From: Octopus sinensis | Taxonomy: Eukaryota | Assembly: GCF_006345805.1 (NCBI RefSeq) | Contig: NC_043005.1 | Coordinates: forward strand, 1,426,001 to 1,490,000 | Reading direction: 5' to 3' | Length of the DNA stretch: 64,000 nt | Shown here: positions 30,261 through 44,698 of the stretch, in pieces | Layout of the letters: every line of letters begins with the position of its first letter | How positions within the stretch are numbered: position 1 is the stretch's first letter | The notes under the pieces: model-generated | Seen by the model: the letters and a program-made list of their open reading frames with translations, nothing else | What the model was told of the DNA's origin: nothing | Database searches by the model: none | Translations under genes and position numbers: made by a program

Positions 30261-30649
30261 AGTTTTATTTTGTGTTTATAAAAATGAATAACATTTTTTT
30301 CTTTCGACACACATTGCCTTTTTCAATTGCATGGCCCCTCATCTGTTTTGCGCCTTTAGTTTCAAAAACTTGTCCCTTGACCCTTCTAGTTAAGATCTGG
30401 GTGCAACTCAGACAAATCAAAGCAAAGGCAAAACATGATAATAAAAATAATCCTTTCTACTACAGGCACAAGGCCAGCAATTTTGAAGGGAGGGGTGTCA
30501 GTTACATTATCCCTGTGCCTCACTGGTACTTATTTTATTAACCACAAATGTTATAATAGGCTAAACTGACATTTGAACTGAGAACATAAAGACCCAGAAA
30601 AAATGCCGTCTAGCATTTTGCTCAATGAATAATAATAATAATGATGATA

Positions 30650-32070
30650 AGAGTTATGAAAGACATACACCGAAAATGCAGACTGGATAAGACACACTGA
30701 AGGATCCTACAAAAATTTACCAGAACAAGGATGGGAAGACATCAGAACAGCAGAGCTAAGAATGCCACTGATTAGTGGAAATTCCCTGATAATGACAGGG
30801 TGTCAAATTTCTGGCTGGCATCACGTGCGCACACAAAGAGTTCAGTTATTCAATGAAATTATGAGAGATCCTACAAAACACTTGATAGGTTGGCAACAAG
30901 TATTACTTGCCAACTTGTGAAGAATAATGAAACCAAATTTCCCCAAAACCATTGACCCATAACATGTCTGTCTACCATGTATAAAATTCCATCCTCATGG
31001 AGAAAACATACAAATTTATGGAATAGAACGATATTTTTTCCTCACTGAACAAAAAGGCCCATCTGGATGCAAAGACCAACTCTTAATCAATCATATGATC
31101 CTTGAGAAGTGTCATAACAAACACAGAAATCTAAGTTCCACGTGGGTTGATTATAAAAAGACCTTTGACAGCACACCACATTCATGGATCTTGAAATCAC
31201 TGAACATCTTCCAAATTTTTCCTGTGATTTCAACCTTCCTGAAGCACATGTCAGTGTGGAATATGTTATACCACTCTAATGGAGTAGTGACCACAAAAAA
31301 TATTAATATCAACTATGGCTTTTTCCAAGATGACTCACTTTCACCTCTAATTTTTTGCATAGCCCTAATATCCCTTACAAGTGAACTTAACAGAACAGGG
31401 TATAGATATAAAATTGGCGACAAGAAAATAAGCCATCTCTTTTATATGGATGACTTAGAACTCACTGGCAAAGACGATAATGAGCTTGAAGGACTACTAT
31501 GTACTGTGAAAGCATTCACTGATGACATTGGGATTGAATTTGGTCTTGATAAATATGCCAAGGCCACTTTCCAGAAAGGGAATTTGAAGACCTCACATTC
31601 AGTGGTGTTTAGATGTTGACACAGTTATAAAAGAACTTGAGCAGGAACAAACTTATAAATACGACGGAATAAATGAGGGCTTTGGCATTCAGCATGCAAA
31701 CATAAAGCAGAAGATCAGGAAGGAATGTTACAGAAGAGGTCGATCAGTCCTTAAATCTGAGTTAAATGCACATAACAAGGTGTTAGCAATAAATTCCTTA
31801 ACAGTTCCCATTGTTATTTACAGTTTAAATGTGTTGAACTGGAATATGAGCGAAATAAGGAAGATTGACCGGAAAATCTGTAAGCTGCTGACTTGCAATA
31901 AGATGCACCACCTAAAGGCAGACACAGATCATCTTTAGCCACCCAGAGCTCAAGGAAGTCGAGGCTTGATCCAATTTGAAATCTCCAACAAAACCACCAC
32001 AATTAGACTGGTAAAATATCTTTAAACATCTAACAACTGGATGCTAAAGCTCATTGAAAACCATCAAAAC
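30650..32070 (+). mobile_element. R4/Dong-clade LINE RT fragment
   Basis: ORF 31095-31619: WVDYKKTFDSTPHSW, FQDDSLSPLIFCIAL, SHLFYMDDL, FGLDK; downstream RGLIQ...KTTTI. Confidence 0.92.
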
Positions 32071-32104
32071 ATGCATTTTGCTCTGCATGCTAACGATTCT
32101 AGCA

Positions 32105-32519
32105 GCTGAGCATAAAGAGAGAGAGAGAGAGAGATACTAAATGACAAAGGAGGATATCAATGTAATAGGAAGAGGAAAACCTGAGAGAAAAAGGAAGAGT
32201 TATAAAACAAAAGAAATGATAAACTGATTGAGAGAGGGGGGAAGAGAGAGGAAGAGAAATAGTGGACAAGAGAGAGTGAGGAAGAAAGGGGGAGAGTGAA
32301 GGGAAAAGAAAAAGGTAGAGAGAGGAGAAAAATAGAGGATAAGAGAGAGAGGAAGAGAAATAGAGGATAAGAGACCCAGAGAGGGGAAAAGAGTGGGAGT
32401 GAGAGGAGGAAGAGAGAGAGAAGAAGTGAGGAAGAGGGAAGAGAAATCGAGGAAGTATGTGAGAGAGAGAGAGAGAGAGAAGAAGTGAGGAAGAGGGAAG
32501 AGAAATCGAGGAAGTATGT

Positions 32520-32553
<34 letters not shown>

Positions 32554-32570
32554 TAGCTAAAATACAATAA
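32105..32570. repeat. GA-rich purine tract with an internal ~58-bp tandem duplication
   Basis: AGAAGTGAGGAAGAGGGAAGAGAAATCGAGGAAGTATGTG occurs twice, at about 32420 and 32480. Confidence 0.85.
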
Positions 32571-32892
32571 ATGACCATCAAAATAAAGTAAAAAAAAAAA
32601 AGGCTCGTCAAGTTCCAAATCTAAATAAACTAAATTAGATAAGAAGATTAAATGGATTAATATATTCACAGCACTGCACCGATGTGTGTGTGTGTGTGTG
32701 TGTGTTGAGGAATGTTCATAATGCATAAGTTGTCAGCAGCTGAGTTGACATTGTTTGTTCCCCATTATGACTGGTTGTCAACTGGAAGACCATTTGACAG
32801 TAAAATCCCGTCACAAATAACAACTCCCATTTTGAACCTCACTAACAAAATGAAAAAAAAAAAAAGAATGGATGTGAAAAGCTGGTTGGCCT

Positions 32893-33000
32893 GAGACCAT
32901 AGCATAAGATATTTGTCCCCAAGGTGCCCTGCAGTGAGACAGAACATGAAACTACGTGGTTGGGAAGCAAACTTCTTCTGACACGGCCACACCTACAGGT
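32893..33000 (-). mobile_element. tRNA-derived SINE head
   Basis: Homologous to the heads at 41032, 53458 and 61435. Confidence 0.7.
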
Positions 33001-33614
33001 GTGTGTGTGGGTGGGTGTGAGGGAACTCTTTGAAGTTACCAACTTAAACAAATATTAACATGAATAAAGTATTGTTGCTTCTGAAAGAATAAAATGGAGA
33101 AGAGAAGATAGGACTACTCACCACTGCTGTGCTCAGTCATACATCGACACACATAAATACCTGTTAATCTTCAACAGTCAGTAAAGCCCAGGTGAAAAAG
33201 TCTGCTCTTCATTATTATTTTTGAAATAGTAAAGCACGTCTACAGGTCCACATTATTAGCTGTAAGCTCATGAGTTCACTTCTCACAATAGACATTATCC
33301 TGGGTCTCCTGGACATGAGCAGCAGACACATCAAGGAAAGAAACATTGCTTTCTACACAAGTTAATTAAAAGAATGACGAACACATACGAGTGAGAATTG
33401 TTTGTGAAGGGAAACAGATTCAATTGGCAAAAAGGTGAAACTGATGCGCTACATGATCCATATTTCAGTTGGCAATGTCCTCGGTTCAAATCAAACAGTT
33501 TTAATGTAGTTGCTCAGCTTTGTTAATAAAAATAATTCAGGAGATGAAAGGAAGTTTATATTTCAATAAAATTAAAACAAAGTTTGAATTTCAACTCAGT
33601 CATCTACCACCCTG

Positions 33615-33653
<39 letters not shown>

Positions 33654-33855
33654 GAAAACCAGATGAAGTACTGAACTTCTGGTTAACAAGATTAAGAGTT
33701 CATATTCTGTTGCCTTCTGTGGAATCTTAATTAGACTTGGTTAAGTAGTAATCATGGAGATACAAAGCAAGAAAAAAACTCAACTAGAAGCTAAAACAAG
33801 CTGTGTTAACAGCATATTTGAGGGAATGCTCTAAATAAGTGAACAAAAGAAACTA

Positions 33856-33903
<48 letters not shown>

Positions 33904-34788
33904 AAGAGCTAGTGATGGTGGTGGAGGTGGTATCAATATTTCTGAATGAAAGATAATTGTCCAATCCAAGTTGTCTATGTTAAGAGTACTGGTAGTGATG
34001 ATGATGATGATGATGAAAAGAAGAAAGACTTGTTTTATTAAAGCATTGGGGTGACTAAAACCTGGAGCACAGAAAGAATGACACAGTGTTGCTTTATGTG
34101 TGTCAGAGAAGAGAGAGAGAGAGATGGACAGACAAAAAGATAGAGAGACAGAAGCAGAGAGAGGGGGAAGAGACAGAGACCCAATTTTCTAGTTTCAGTA
34201 AACACAAGCAGGATTTAAATAAACAACAACAACAATACTGATTTCTAAGGAAGGCAACCTATATTGAATGAAGATCCAGTCGAGTATATCAAACCTATTA
34301 TTTTACTGGTATTCACTTTATCAGCCCAAGAAAAGCAAAACACTTTGAGCCAGAATTGACCATACTAAATACCATAAGACATTTTGCCAGCTGACTTTCT
34401 GTCTCTGATATTGCCGTAATAACAATACTACTACTGTTAACAACAACAACAACAACAACAACAACAGCAACAGCAACAACAACAACAACAACAATAATAA
34501 TAATAATAATAATGGTTTCAAATTTTCACATTGCCTCCAGTACTTGACCGGTACTTTATTTTATTGGCCCAGAAAGTACGAAAGGCAACACCCACTTTGT
34601 TAGAATTTTAACTCAGAACACAATGAGTTGGAATAAGCAAAATTGCAGGAACTCTAACAATTCTGCCACTTCATTAGATGATGATGATGATATTTTCTTT
34701 AGACATTTGCCAAGACCAAAATTTGCAATTCACCTCCCAAGAAGAGGAGCAAGACATCATTTGTGCATTGGATTATTTGCTTCAATCA

Positions 34789-34965
34789 CATGTAAAAAGC
34801 ACCCACTACACTCGCGGAGTGGTTGGCGTTAGGAAGGGCATCCAGCTGTAGAAACACTGCCAGATCAGACTGGAGCCTGGTGCAGCCCCTGGCTTCCCAG
34901 ACCCCGGTCGAACCGTCCAATCCGTGCTAGCGTGGAAAACGGACGTTAAACAATGATGATGATGA
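34789..34965 (+). mobile_element. RTE 3' terminus with (GAT)n tail
   Basis: GGTTGGCGTTAGGAAGGGCATCCAGC...GGACGTTAAACAATGATGATGAT. Confidence 0.88.
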
Positions 34966-35189
34966 ATGAAGTGGAATAACTTGAACAGGGATGGAAACTT
35001 ATGTCTGGCTCTTTTGATCTTCTTTGTAATAATTTATAGCTTTCAGTCAAGATGAGACAGATATAAAAGAAGTGAGTGTTTTAAGAAGAAAAAATGGGTC
35101 CAGACAGATGCTAACATTTCACTGTTGGATGCATGTCTTCATATTCAAAGGGGGTTTATTAACACCAACTCCTTAACACCATTATTCTA

Positions 35190-35830
35190 TGTGCAGAAAC
35201 AAAAAGCACCAAGAGCACACAGGACTTAGATTCTCTCAAATGCCCAGGAGGCTCTCTTGAGGTTGTGGATGGTTTCTGTTACCTAGGTGACCAAATTAGC
35301 AATGGTGGAGTATGCTCTGAAAGTATTGTTTCTAGAATAAGAATTGGGTGGAGGAAATTCAGAGAGCTGTTACCTCTGATGGCAACAAAAGAACTCTCTC
35401 TCAGAGTGAAAGGTAGACTATAAGATGCTTGTGTGTGAACGGCTATACTCTATGGTAGTGAGACATGGGCTCTGAATGCTGATGACATGCGTAGACTGGG
35501 GAGAAATGAAGGCAGTATGCTCCGTTGGATGTGCAATGTCAGTGCATATGTATGGCAAAGTGCAAATGTATTGAGAGAAAAGTTGGGCATAAGAGGAATC
35601 AAATGCAGCTTGCAAGAGAGAAGACTGTGTTGGTTTGGACATGCGTATGAATGAGGACAGATGTATATAGAAGTGCTGATCACTGAAAAGAGATGGTACC
35701 CTCAGAAGAGGGAGACCCAGGAAGACGTGGGATGAAGTGGTAAGGACCGATCTCAGAATGTTGGGCCTTGTGGAGGAAATGACCACGGACTAAGATGTCT
35801 GGCAATATGAAGTTCTTGAGAAGACCCACC
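35190..35830 (+). mobile_element. Older RTE subfamily, thumb/C-terminal fragment
   Basis: EVVDGFCYLGDQ...LYGSETWAL...LRWMC...GRPRKTWDEVV. Confidence 0.85.
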
Positions 35831-37439
35831 CGTGTCTGAAACTGAGTTCTAGAAGCAGTGTGTGTCCCACCCACACTGAACAAGAAAACTTCTCACACAC
35901 TCTACCGTAACAATTCAAACCAAACTACATCTCTTCTCTTCCTCACATTTCCACTTCATGCTTACCTCCCCCTCCCCAATCCTGTCCTCTTGGCCCTGGG
36001 CCACTGTCTCATTGCCCTCCACTTGTCCCCCACCCCTGCCAACCTGTGTGTTCTACGCACATGCCCTGTCTCACTCTATTATCTATCTGCTAGCCCCCAA
36101 TCTGTGTGTTCTGCCCACACGTAACTCCTTCATACACTAAACCTGTCCTCACACCCCTGTTCCTCTGTATCATTGCTCTCCAGTAGCCCCCTGCCACCAA
36201 CTCCATACACACCCAGGTTTTCAAAACTCTTTAATCACACCCGCTTTGCATTATCCTGCCACTTATATTATGGCATTTGAACCTCAAGGCTATGCTCTGA
36301 CACTTGCCACTATCTACATCTCTCTCTTCCTTTATATGACCATCCCATTTATATTCTGATCCCTGTTCCTCGTGAGTATGCCCGGCATTTTGCCACCTTC
36401 TCTATCCTGCAGTCTCCCACTTTCTCTCCTCCTGCACTACCCTCAGGTTGGGTAACCGTGTATTTCCTTTGCAGTAGCACTCCTGGTTCTGTCTTCATTC
36501 CAGATTTTTCTCTCTCTGGCCAGGTAACCTTGTACTTCCTCTACAGCAAGACACCTGTATCTGTCTCACTATAACCATTTCATCATCCAACATAAGACCA
36601 CCCCCTCCAATTATATATAATTATATAATCCTCTCCGCTTGAAAGTTTTTTATATTTTGCTTTGCAAGTACTTGGTGATCCTGTCAGTGTAGGTTCCACT
36701 TAAAAGCACCCAGTCCACACTGTGATCATGTAACGATTTAAGTTATTTAAGTTGTTGCACACAATTTTCATACCCTGAACACTGTTCTACTATGTTCTAA
36801 GTCTCCACCTACAACCAACAGTAGTACTACCACTACTACTACTATGACCACCACCACAACAACTACTGCTAATATCCCAACATTCACAACAACACCACCA
36901 ATAAAGGACACCTCCACCACCATTACCATCAACAAGATGAACCAACAGAGGAACCTGCAGGTGGTTGCTCGGCCTTCTAGAAAAGGCAACCAAATCCCTC
37001 TCAAACCTCACTCTACCATCATAAAAAGGAATGCATTGAATCATGTTACCTTTGGTTCAATGCTCATAATGGCTACAGGAAAGGTCTGTTGTTCTATCTT
37101 TGATCATTTACACCTGTTCAGGGCTGACCTGGGGTTAAACAACGAGCCACTACCATTATTCCAGCAAGGAAGCTTTTAGCCTGTATATGGATACTCAGAT
37201 TGCTAGAAATAGCGACCATGACAGCCTCAAAACTACATTGAAAAGTGACAATTGGAAGAGGGAGAGGGGTTAAACAATGTTCCCATCGTTACCATAACAA
37301 CAGAAAACTGTCACCAAAACCAATTTTGGGGACAAACTCTGTAAATATTTATGTCAAGACAGCAGGGTCACAGAAACATTTAACCAACTCCACCAATGCA
37401 CATGTGTGAGGGAGGGAGAGAGATAATGGGTGTTTATGT

Positions 37440-37470
<31 letters not shown>

Positions 37471-38074
37471 AGGTAGAAGGAAGGAAATCCTCCATCACCC
37501 CCAGGTCACACATTTAACAAGAACCATTTGTTCAGAGAAAAGATAGGGTAAGACTTACCACATAAAACACACACACACACTTGTCTGTATGTGTAAAGAG
37601 ACAATAATACACACCCATCATTATACAGACATCTGTGTATACACACACACACATTTCTCTGTACATAGAAGGATTCCTTATGTTGGCCAAGAAGTCTGAC
37701 AGGTTGTGTAAGAACGAGGGTGGGGGTGGAAATAGGAAGAAATGATGTTCATGCATTTCCATCAACAATATGAATGAAATAAAATTTGAAATCCAAGATT
37801 TGGAATATCCCCCCCCCCCCCACCATCTAACCATCATGAAAAGATTTTGCTCAACATGCTAGGAACAACAGCCAAATCTCCTTGAAATCATAACAACACT
37901 CTTAAAGAAAGATGCATTGAATAATACAGTCCCTTCTAGACAAAGAGGTCATGGTTGGAAGTTCTTTGCTCACTTTGAACTGATCGGAGACTAAACAAAG
38001 TCAATGACGATGCCTCTACATGGATGCTCAACATGCTAGAAATAGAAGCAAATCTCTCAAATCAGTTTACTGTC

Positions 38075-38245
38075 TTTAACCCTTTTCTTACCATATTTCT
38101 GTTTCGGTTAATTTTGAAAGGAATGGAGAACTTTGAGAAATAATTACCGTTATGAAGCAAAAATGTCTGGAACAGGAATCAACAAGAAATTTGAATCATA
38201 GAACCAAGGCTGGTCTTGGTGGAGGTTGGTCTCAAAAGTGTTAAA
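38075..38245. mobile_element. TTAA-flanked MITE-like element
   Basis: Imperfect terminal inverted repeats TTAACCCTTTTCTTACCA ... TGGTCTCAAAAGTGTTAA. Confidence 0.45.
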
Positions 38246-40439
38246 GAAAATGTGGTTGTGTGGGTGAAATGTGTCTAGGGTAAAAGACAGGAAGGGCATG
38301 GCTGGAAAGTTATTTTTGACCACGAGTCTATTCAAAGAAGGCTGATTTAGGGCTAAATAAAAATTTTATAGACGGATTTAGTGTTAATTTCCCAACTGAA
38401 GAGATCTGATATTCTACCCAAACAGGGGTACTGTCTGTTCTGGGGTATTTCAATGTACTTTCTCTCCATCTTTAGCAACAGGAGATCTAACACAATGCAA
38501 TAATGAAGTTTGGTAAGAATTGGAGCCATTGTGGCTCCTTGTTTATTCCTATTGTTTTGAATCAAGCATGGATTATCTCATAGCTTCAAGATTTTGAAGA
38601 TGTGATTGTTTATTTTGAGAACGACATTGTTGGGTAGGTGTAAAAGTTCAGATCTGGCTGATCTGAATATAAAAGAGGTGAAATATAAGGGCCAGCTTAA
38701 ATGCTAAAGGGTTTATGGTGGCCATGGCAGTGGTGGTAGTGGTAGCTAATTTCCATAATATTCCATTGTATTTAAAACAAGGCCCAGAATCTTCCTTTTC
38801 CTCAGTTACTAGACAGCAATTAATGTGGTGGTGGTGGTTGTACCAAAGTGGTGTTGCAGTTGTGGCTACAAGTCACTGATGCGGTGTGTCTCTTAGATGA
38901 GACATTAAACCCCATTTGTCTCTCATCTCACAGTAATTAAACAGGAACAGGGAGAAAATAACTCAATGACTGAACACTGAATTAATTAAAAAGCAATTAA
39001 TTCAATGATTTAGGGTTGAAATTAAATTCTTTCTGCTTTCTGATGACAATGAAACATTTTGTGATTAGTTTTACTTAATCCTGGCTTTAAAACATCTGTT
39101 TTCAACCCGACAAAGCTTTGTAATAAAATTCATTTGTTCTGAAACAATTGGAAATGTATCAGGGCCCTTAAGGAGTTGTGCCTCACCAAAATCTTTTATG
39201 TAACAAAGCAAGTCATTCCATGTAAGGCAGACATTGTTTAGTCTTAAGGCAATCCTAACCGAGCAGAGTTAAGATCTAAGGCACTCCATCCATGACCATT
39301 CCATCGTTTTAGGAGTATACAAAACTTATATGTCTAATGTACACTCTCCTTTGCTAATGTGATTGGGTGTGATTCGAGGGAGATTTGGCTGTTGTTTCCA
39401 ACAAGCTCACTGACTATACAGGCTCCCTCAATGGTTCAATATATAATAGAGTCAACCGAATGGAATACTTGTGTTGCTGTGGGTTCTTTAGTAAAGTAAC
39501 AATACATTCCTCAAAGAAAAGTTGAAATTGCATTGCATTGTCAGTGTTTTGGGAGTTTTATGTCTTCTGTTATGTAACGTGTGTGTAACCCCCTTCTGGG
39601 TAACAAGTAACTAACAATAAGGGGGGGGGGGAACAAGTGTAAAGAAAATGTCATTTATGCGCATCAAATAAATGGAGTATGTGATGAGGAGGTATTAACA
39701 GTTAATTAGAGAAGGAAACGAAGAGTGGTGTTTGTTGGTGGCTAGGACAGGTGTCTATGGAAATTTGATCCAAGAGAATAGGTGTAGGGCTTTGAGATTT
39801 AGCTTTGTGGTATTAAGTAGATAAGAGATAAATATTATGCTGGACAGAATACTAATCCATGTGTTGTTAATCAGAAGAGAAGGTTGGACAGTGTTCATGG
39901 AATGTTAAAGAAAGGACACTGAAGTACTTGGCAGCAACTGCTACCAAGTCTAAACAAGAGATAATCTCAAGAATATAGAATGCTCCAAAATCTACATGCT
40001 ATTAAGACAAGACAGTCTGCGTGAAGGCAAAACAGATGTGGATGTGTTTCTGCTTCAATGAGCATCATCAGCACAGCATCTGACCTAACTTAGCAAACAA
40101 AACACTTAAACAAACACCAAAAAAAAAAAAGATAAAGCAGAATGCATTAATGGCCTGGGTAAATTGCATGGTGCAACTTGGCTCATCCGAAAGGGGTCTT
40201 CTGCATGCAATGAATAGATTCACAGCTAAGGGCTGCAAGGCAGGGATGAAAGTTAGTGTTGCCAAGACTGAGACATTGGTCCTCCTCTTTGCAATGCATT
40301 CTAAGACAAGTTTAAGTTCCTCTTAGCTGTGTTCACAAGTGATGAGAAGCAGGAGGCACAATTGGATGTTTGAATTGCTGGTGTCGGTGGCACAGTAATG
40401 CCCCCAATCCCAGCATTCAATCCTCAGAAGAGGAGAAGT

Positions 40440-40900
40440 TGGCAGAAAAGAAAGCCCAAAATCTCTCTTCAATTTGGTTTCCATGCTTATCCTCATCCCT
40501 GGTCATGAATGTTGGGTAATGGCCAAAAGAGAATGACTGTGAATACAAGAGGCTGAAATGGGGTTCCATTAAAAGGTGTCTGGGGTAAGATTACTTGACA
40601 AGGTACACAACTCAGGGATTGGGGATTCTTTCCAGGTTGAAATGTTACTTCTTTGCATTGAGAGGTCACAGCTCCAGCATCACAGACATGCAATTAGAAT
40701 GTCACAGGAAAGAATCACAAAATGGATTCTTCCTGATGTGCAAACCAGTTGGAGACCTAAGAGTAGACGAAGAAAGTGATGGGTGGATAACATCCATAGT
40801 CCTCAGCTGGTCACACTTGGCAATCCAGCCAGAAAGTCTAATGAGGTTTCTTCTCACAGGACACTATGGGGGAAGTGCATGAGGGCTCTACCCACCACAA
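40440..40900 (+). mobile_element. Degraded Rex3/Expander-like RTE 3' fragment
   Basis: GHECWVM...IQEAEMGF..VSGVRLLDKVHNS.I...LLLCIERSQL..H..RM...RP..R. Confidence 0.7.
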
Positions 40901-41031
40901 CCTCTCGCAGGAATAGTGGGTGGAGAAAATGGATGGATGGGTAATTTGCATACATATGTGTGTGTGCGCACGTGCACGTGCCTGTGTGTGCGCACGTGCA
41001 TGTATGTATGTGCATGTGTGTAAATATGGAT

Positions 41032-41190
41032 GCAGGTGTGACTGTGTGGTTAAGAAGTTTGTCTTGCAATCACTTGGTCTTGGGTTCAATCCTACTGTTT
41101 GACACCTTGGCCAAGTGTCTTCTGCTAAGGTCCAGGTTAACCAAAACCTTGTGAATAGATTTGGCAGACAGAAACTGAAAAAAGCCCGTC
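41032..41190 (+). mobile_element. tRNA-derived SINE
   Basis: Head with GGTTCAATCC B box and body CCTTGGCCAAGTGTCTT...GAAACTGAAAAAAGCCCGTC. Confidence 0.8.
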
Positions 41191-41210
41191 ACACACACAC
41201 ACATACGTAC

Positions 41211-41243
<33 letters not shown>

Positions 41244-41554
41244 TATGTATGTGTATGTATAAAAAACAAAATGCCACAGACAACATATTGATGGCTTAAG
41301 AGTTTAATAGAAAGCAAAAGTGCCACACAGTGAGATTGAACCCAAAACTATGAGATTAGAAAGTAAACATTTTCATCACCTTGCAATATCTGTCCACTGT
41401 TGATGTTTAAACCTAACGAAAGGTGTTTGGCTATTTTCCAATATAACCTTCCTTTTTAAAGATGGTAGGCAGTGATTGTAGGAAATTCAGCTGTTATTTC
41501 TAGCAGATCATGAATCTACAAAGGCTCCCACAAGTTATGATCATGTGACCACCT

Positions 41555-41774
41555 TAACCCTTAAGCATTCAGATTATTCTGTCAAAGATTAAGCTTATTT
41601 ATTCACATTGCTTTGGAATGAAATATGCATTATCTCATAACTTTGAAATTTCGATGATGTAATTGTTTATTTTTAGAATGACATTGTAAGGTAGGTGTGA
41701 GAGGCGGGATCTGGCCAGTTTGAGCAGGAGAATTTTTGAGTTGGATATGATTGGTTGAAATGCCAAAGAGTCAA
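41555..41774. mobile_element. piggyBac-like MITE
   Basis: TTAACCCTTAAGCATTCA ... TGAAATGCCAAAGAGTCAA; a second copy at about 38540-38715 ends AATGCTAAAGGGTTTA. Confidence 0.55.
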
Positions 41775-42884
41775 CCTCACAAGCCATGTGCCATGCAATG
41801 AGACTGGATTTTTGAAATAAATTATTTTTCTAAAGACGGGTAGTACCCATGAAGTTTGTGGCCCCACCCAGACTAGTGAAGCCCAATGTAGTTGAAATGG
41901 TAGCCACCAGCACATAAACAAACCAAAAGAGATGTTGGTTGATCTAGTTAGCAGTGTGATGTTAGTTAGAGGAGAGGAAATATGTCAAAGATTATCTGAG
42001 ATTATTTGACGTGTCCTGTCAGAGAGAAAGAACTGGGACTCGAGTCTTTAAGACTGATTTTAAGTTTAGTTTAAATGTTAAGCCTGATGTTAACATTTAA
42101 ACCAGCTGTCTCCCCCACCCCACCCCCACACACACTCAAAGTAAAAATGAGAACCTAATGAGACAAGATGTTTCATTTGATCATTAAGAATTAGACAGCA
42201 GTGGTGGGCAGCTTTGGATTAAAATCTGTTAAACATTCAGATTTTCGTAACATGTTTTAAAAAAAGGAAAACATCTCAAAAAGTTGTTAATCAAAAAACA
42301 AGGAAAAAAAATGTTTTTCTTCTGCTTCCAAATTTTGTTGTTTGTTTTATTATCAGAAACCGAATTACTTTTGAAACAGCCTGCAGCTCTGTGAGGCAGT
42401 TATTCTAAAGAATATTCTCAGGATTTTCAACGAAGGAATTTTTAGTTTCGTTTCATGAAAATCAAAGATGGTGGAACAAGTCTTTTTTTCTGCTTTGAAT
42501 ATTTTTTTTTTAATGGTGAATATATTAATGAAACAATAAATATATGACAATGATGATGATGATGATGGCTCAGATGATAGAAATCTGGATTACATCATGT
42601 CCAAGGCTTCTTGTTTTTTAATGTTTCATTTTTACATTTTTTTTTACCTCATTTTCTTAGGATGAGATGTAAAGCAGTAAGAGAGAAGCCACCACCAGCA
42701 CCACCACCACACACACCTCACTTGTATGAAATGGGAAAATAATATCACGAAATATAGTGAAGAACGAATTTTTATTCATAATTCTGAATTGAACGTATGG
42801 ATAAGTTGATTTTGATTCTTGTTTCTTTGGGGTAGATAAAAAGGTATAGGTAACATAAGAATGGAGGCCTGCTACATCTCATCA

Positions 42885-43050
42885 TTGTCATCATCATTTT
42901 AACGTCCGTTTTCCATGCTGGCATGGGTGGACATTTAGACAGGAAGTGGCAAGTTGAAGACTGCACCAGTCCCCAATGCCTGGTTTCTATAGCTGAATGC
43001 CTTTCCTAACGCCAACACTGTGTTATGAGTGCTTTTTATGTGAGGTCACC
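42885..43050 (-). mobile_element. RTE 3' terminus, diverged
   Basis: (CAT)n followed by AACGTCCGTTTTCCATGCTGGCATGGG and CTTTCCTAACGCCAAC. Confidence 0.8.
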
Positions 43051-43256
43051 AAGTAACTTGCATGACAAAGCCACCCCCATTGAGGGGTGAGTAGTATCGA
43101 GAGAGGTAACTTTGATTAGAACAGTGTATCTTAACCTTGCATAACCCTTAAAATAAATCACATGTCTCAAGGAACCCCTGCACAAGAAAAATAATACACC
43201 ATATCTTTCTCATATTTTTTCATCGTAGTTCACATGGTAAATACTATATATATATA

Positions 43257-44672
43257 TCATCATCATCATCATCGTTTAGCGTCCACTTTCCATGCTAGCA
43301 TGGGTTGGACGGATCAATTGGGGTCTGGGAAGCCAGAAGGCTGCACCAGGCCAAGTCTGATCTGGCAATGTTTCTACGGCTGGATGCCCTTCCTAACGCC
43401 AACCACTCCGTAAGTGTAGTGGGTGCTTTTTATGTGCCACCGGTACAGGTGCCAGATGAGGTAGGCAAACAGCCACAATCGGATGGTGCTTTTCACGTGC
43501 CAACGGCACGTAGGCCAGGCGAGGCTGGCAACGGCCACGATTGGATGGTGCTTTTTACGTGCCACCGGCACGAGGCCATCGGGACGGCACTGGCAACGGC
43601 CACGTTCAGATGGTTCTCTTACGTACCACTGGCACTGGTATCACAGCTGCAATTTCCATTGATGTTGATCGATTTCGATTTTCACTTGCCTCAACAGGTC
43701 TTCACAAGTAGAGTTTTGTGTCCCAAGAAGGAAAGGTATGCATAAGTGGGCTGGCTACGTCCCAGGTAGAGGCCACGGGTTAAGGTCTCACTTGTCTTGC
43801 CAGGTCTTCCCACGCACAGCATACTTCCAAAGGTCTCAGTCTCTGGTCATTTCCTCAGTGAGACCTAAAGTTCGAAGGTCGTGCTTCACCACCTCGTCCC
43901 AGGTTTTCCTGGGTCTGCCTCTTCCACAGGTTCCCTCAACCGCTAGGGTGTGGCACTTTTTCACACAACTATCTTCATTCATTCTCGTCACATGACCATA
44001 CCAGCGCAAACGTCTCTCTTGCACACCACAGCTGATGCTTCTTAGGTCCAGCTTTTCTCTCAAGGTTCTTACACTCTGTCGAGTATGAACACTGACATTA
44101 CACATCCATCGGACCATACTGGCTTCATTTCTTGTGAGCTTACGCATATCCTCAGCAGTCACGGCCCATGTTTCACTGCCATGTAGCATGGCTGTTCATA
44201 CACATGCGTCATACAGTCTGTCTTTTACTCTGAGCGAGAGGCCTTTTGTCACCAGCAGAGGTAAGAGCTCTCTGAACTTTGCCCAAGCTATTCTTACTCT
44301 AGCAGTTACACTTTCAGTATACCCGCCCCTGCTACTGACTTCGTCACCTAGGTAATGGAAGCTATCAACTATTTCTAGTTTTTCTCCCTGGAATGTGGCA
44401 GAAGTTGGTCTCAGAGCATTTTCAGTGTTTATTTCACCTGAGCATCTGCCACATACAAAAACTATCTTCCTTGTTAGCCTTCCTTTGACATTGCTGCACC
44501 TCTTATGTGTCCATAGCTTACACTTGGTGCATCTTATAGAGTTTCTACCTACACCTTTTCTACAGATCGAGCAGGGCCATCTACCTGAAGGCGTTTGTGA
44601 TTTGTCTACCTTCCTACTTATTAGGACTTTGGTTTTAGCTAGATTGACTCTAAGGCCCTTCAATTCTAATCC
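43257..44672 (-). mobile_element. RTE (PHD family), 5'-truncated: PHD, thumb, complete 3' UTR with three ~60-bp units, (GAT)n tail
   Basis: ORFs 44196-44705 and 43836-44189; close match to 1-560. Confidence 0.95.
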
Positions 44673-44698
44673 TATATATATATATATATATATATATA

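Noticed and set aside
35880-36600. Pyrimidine-rich element resembling the reverse complement of 46500-46900
   Set aside because: Only short shared motifs (GCAAGACACCT) are visible; neither family nor boundaries can be supported.
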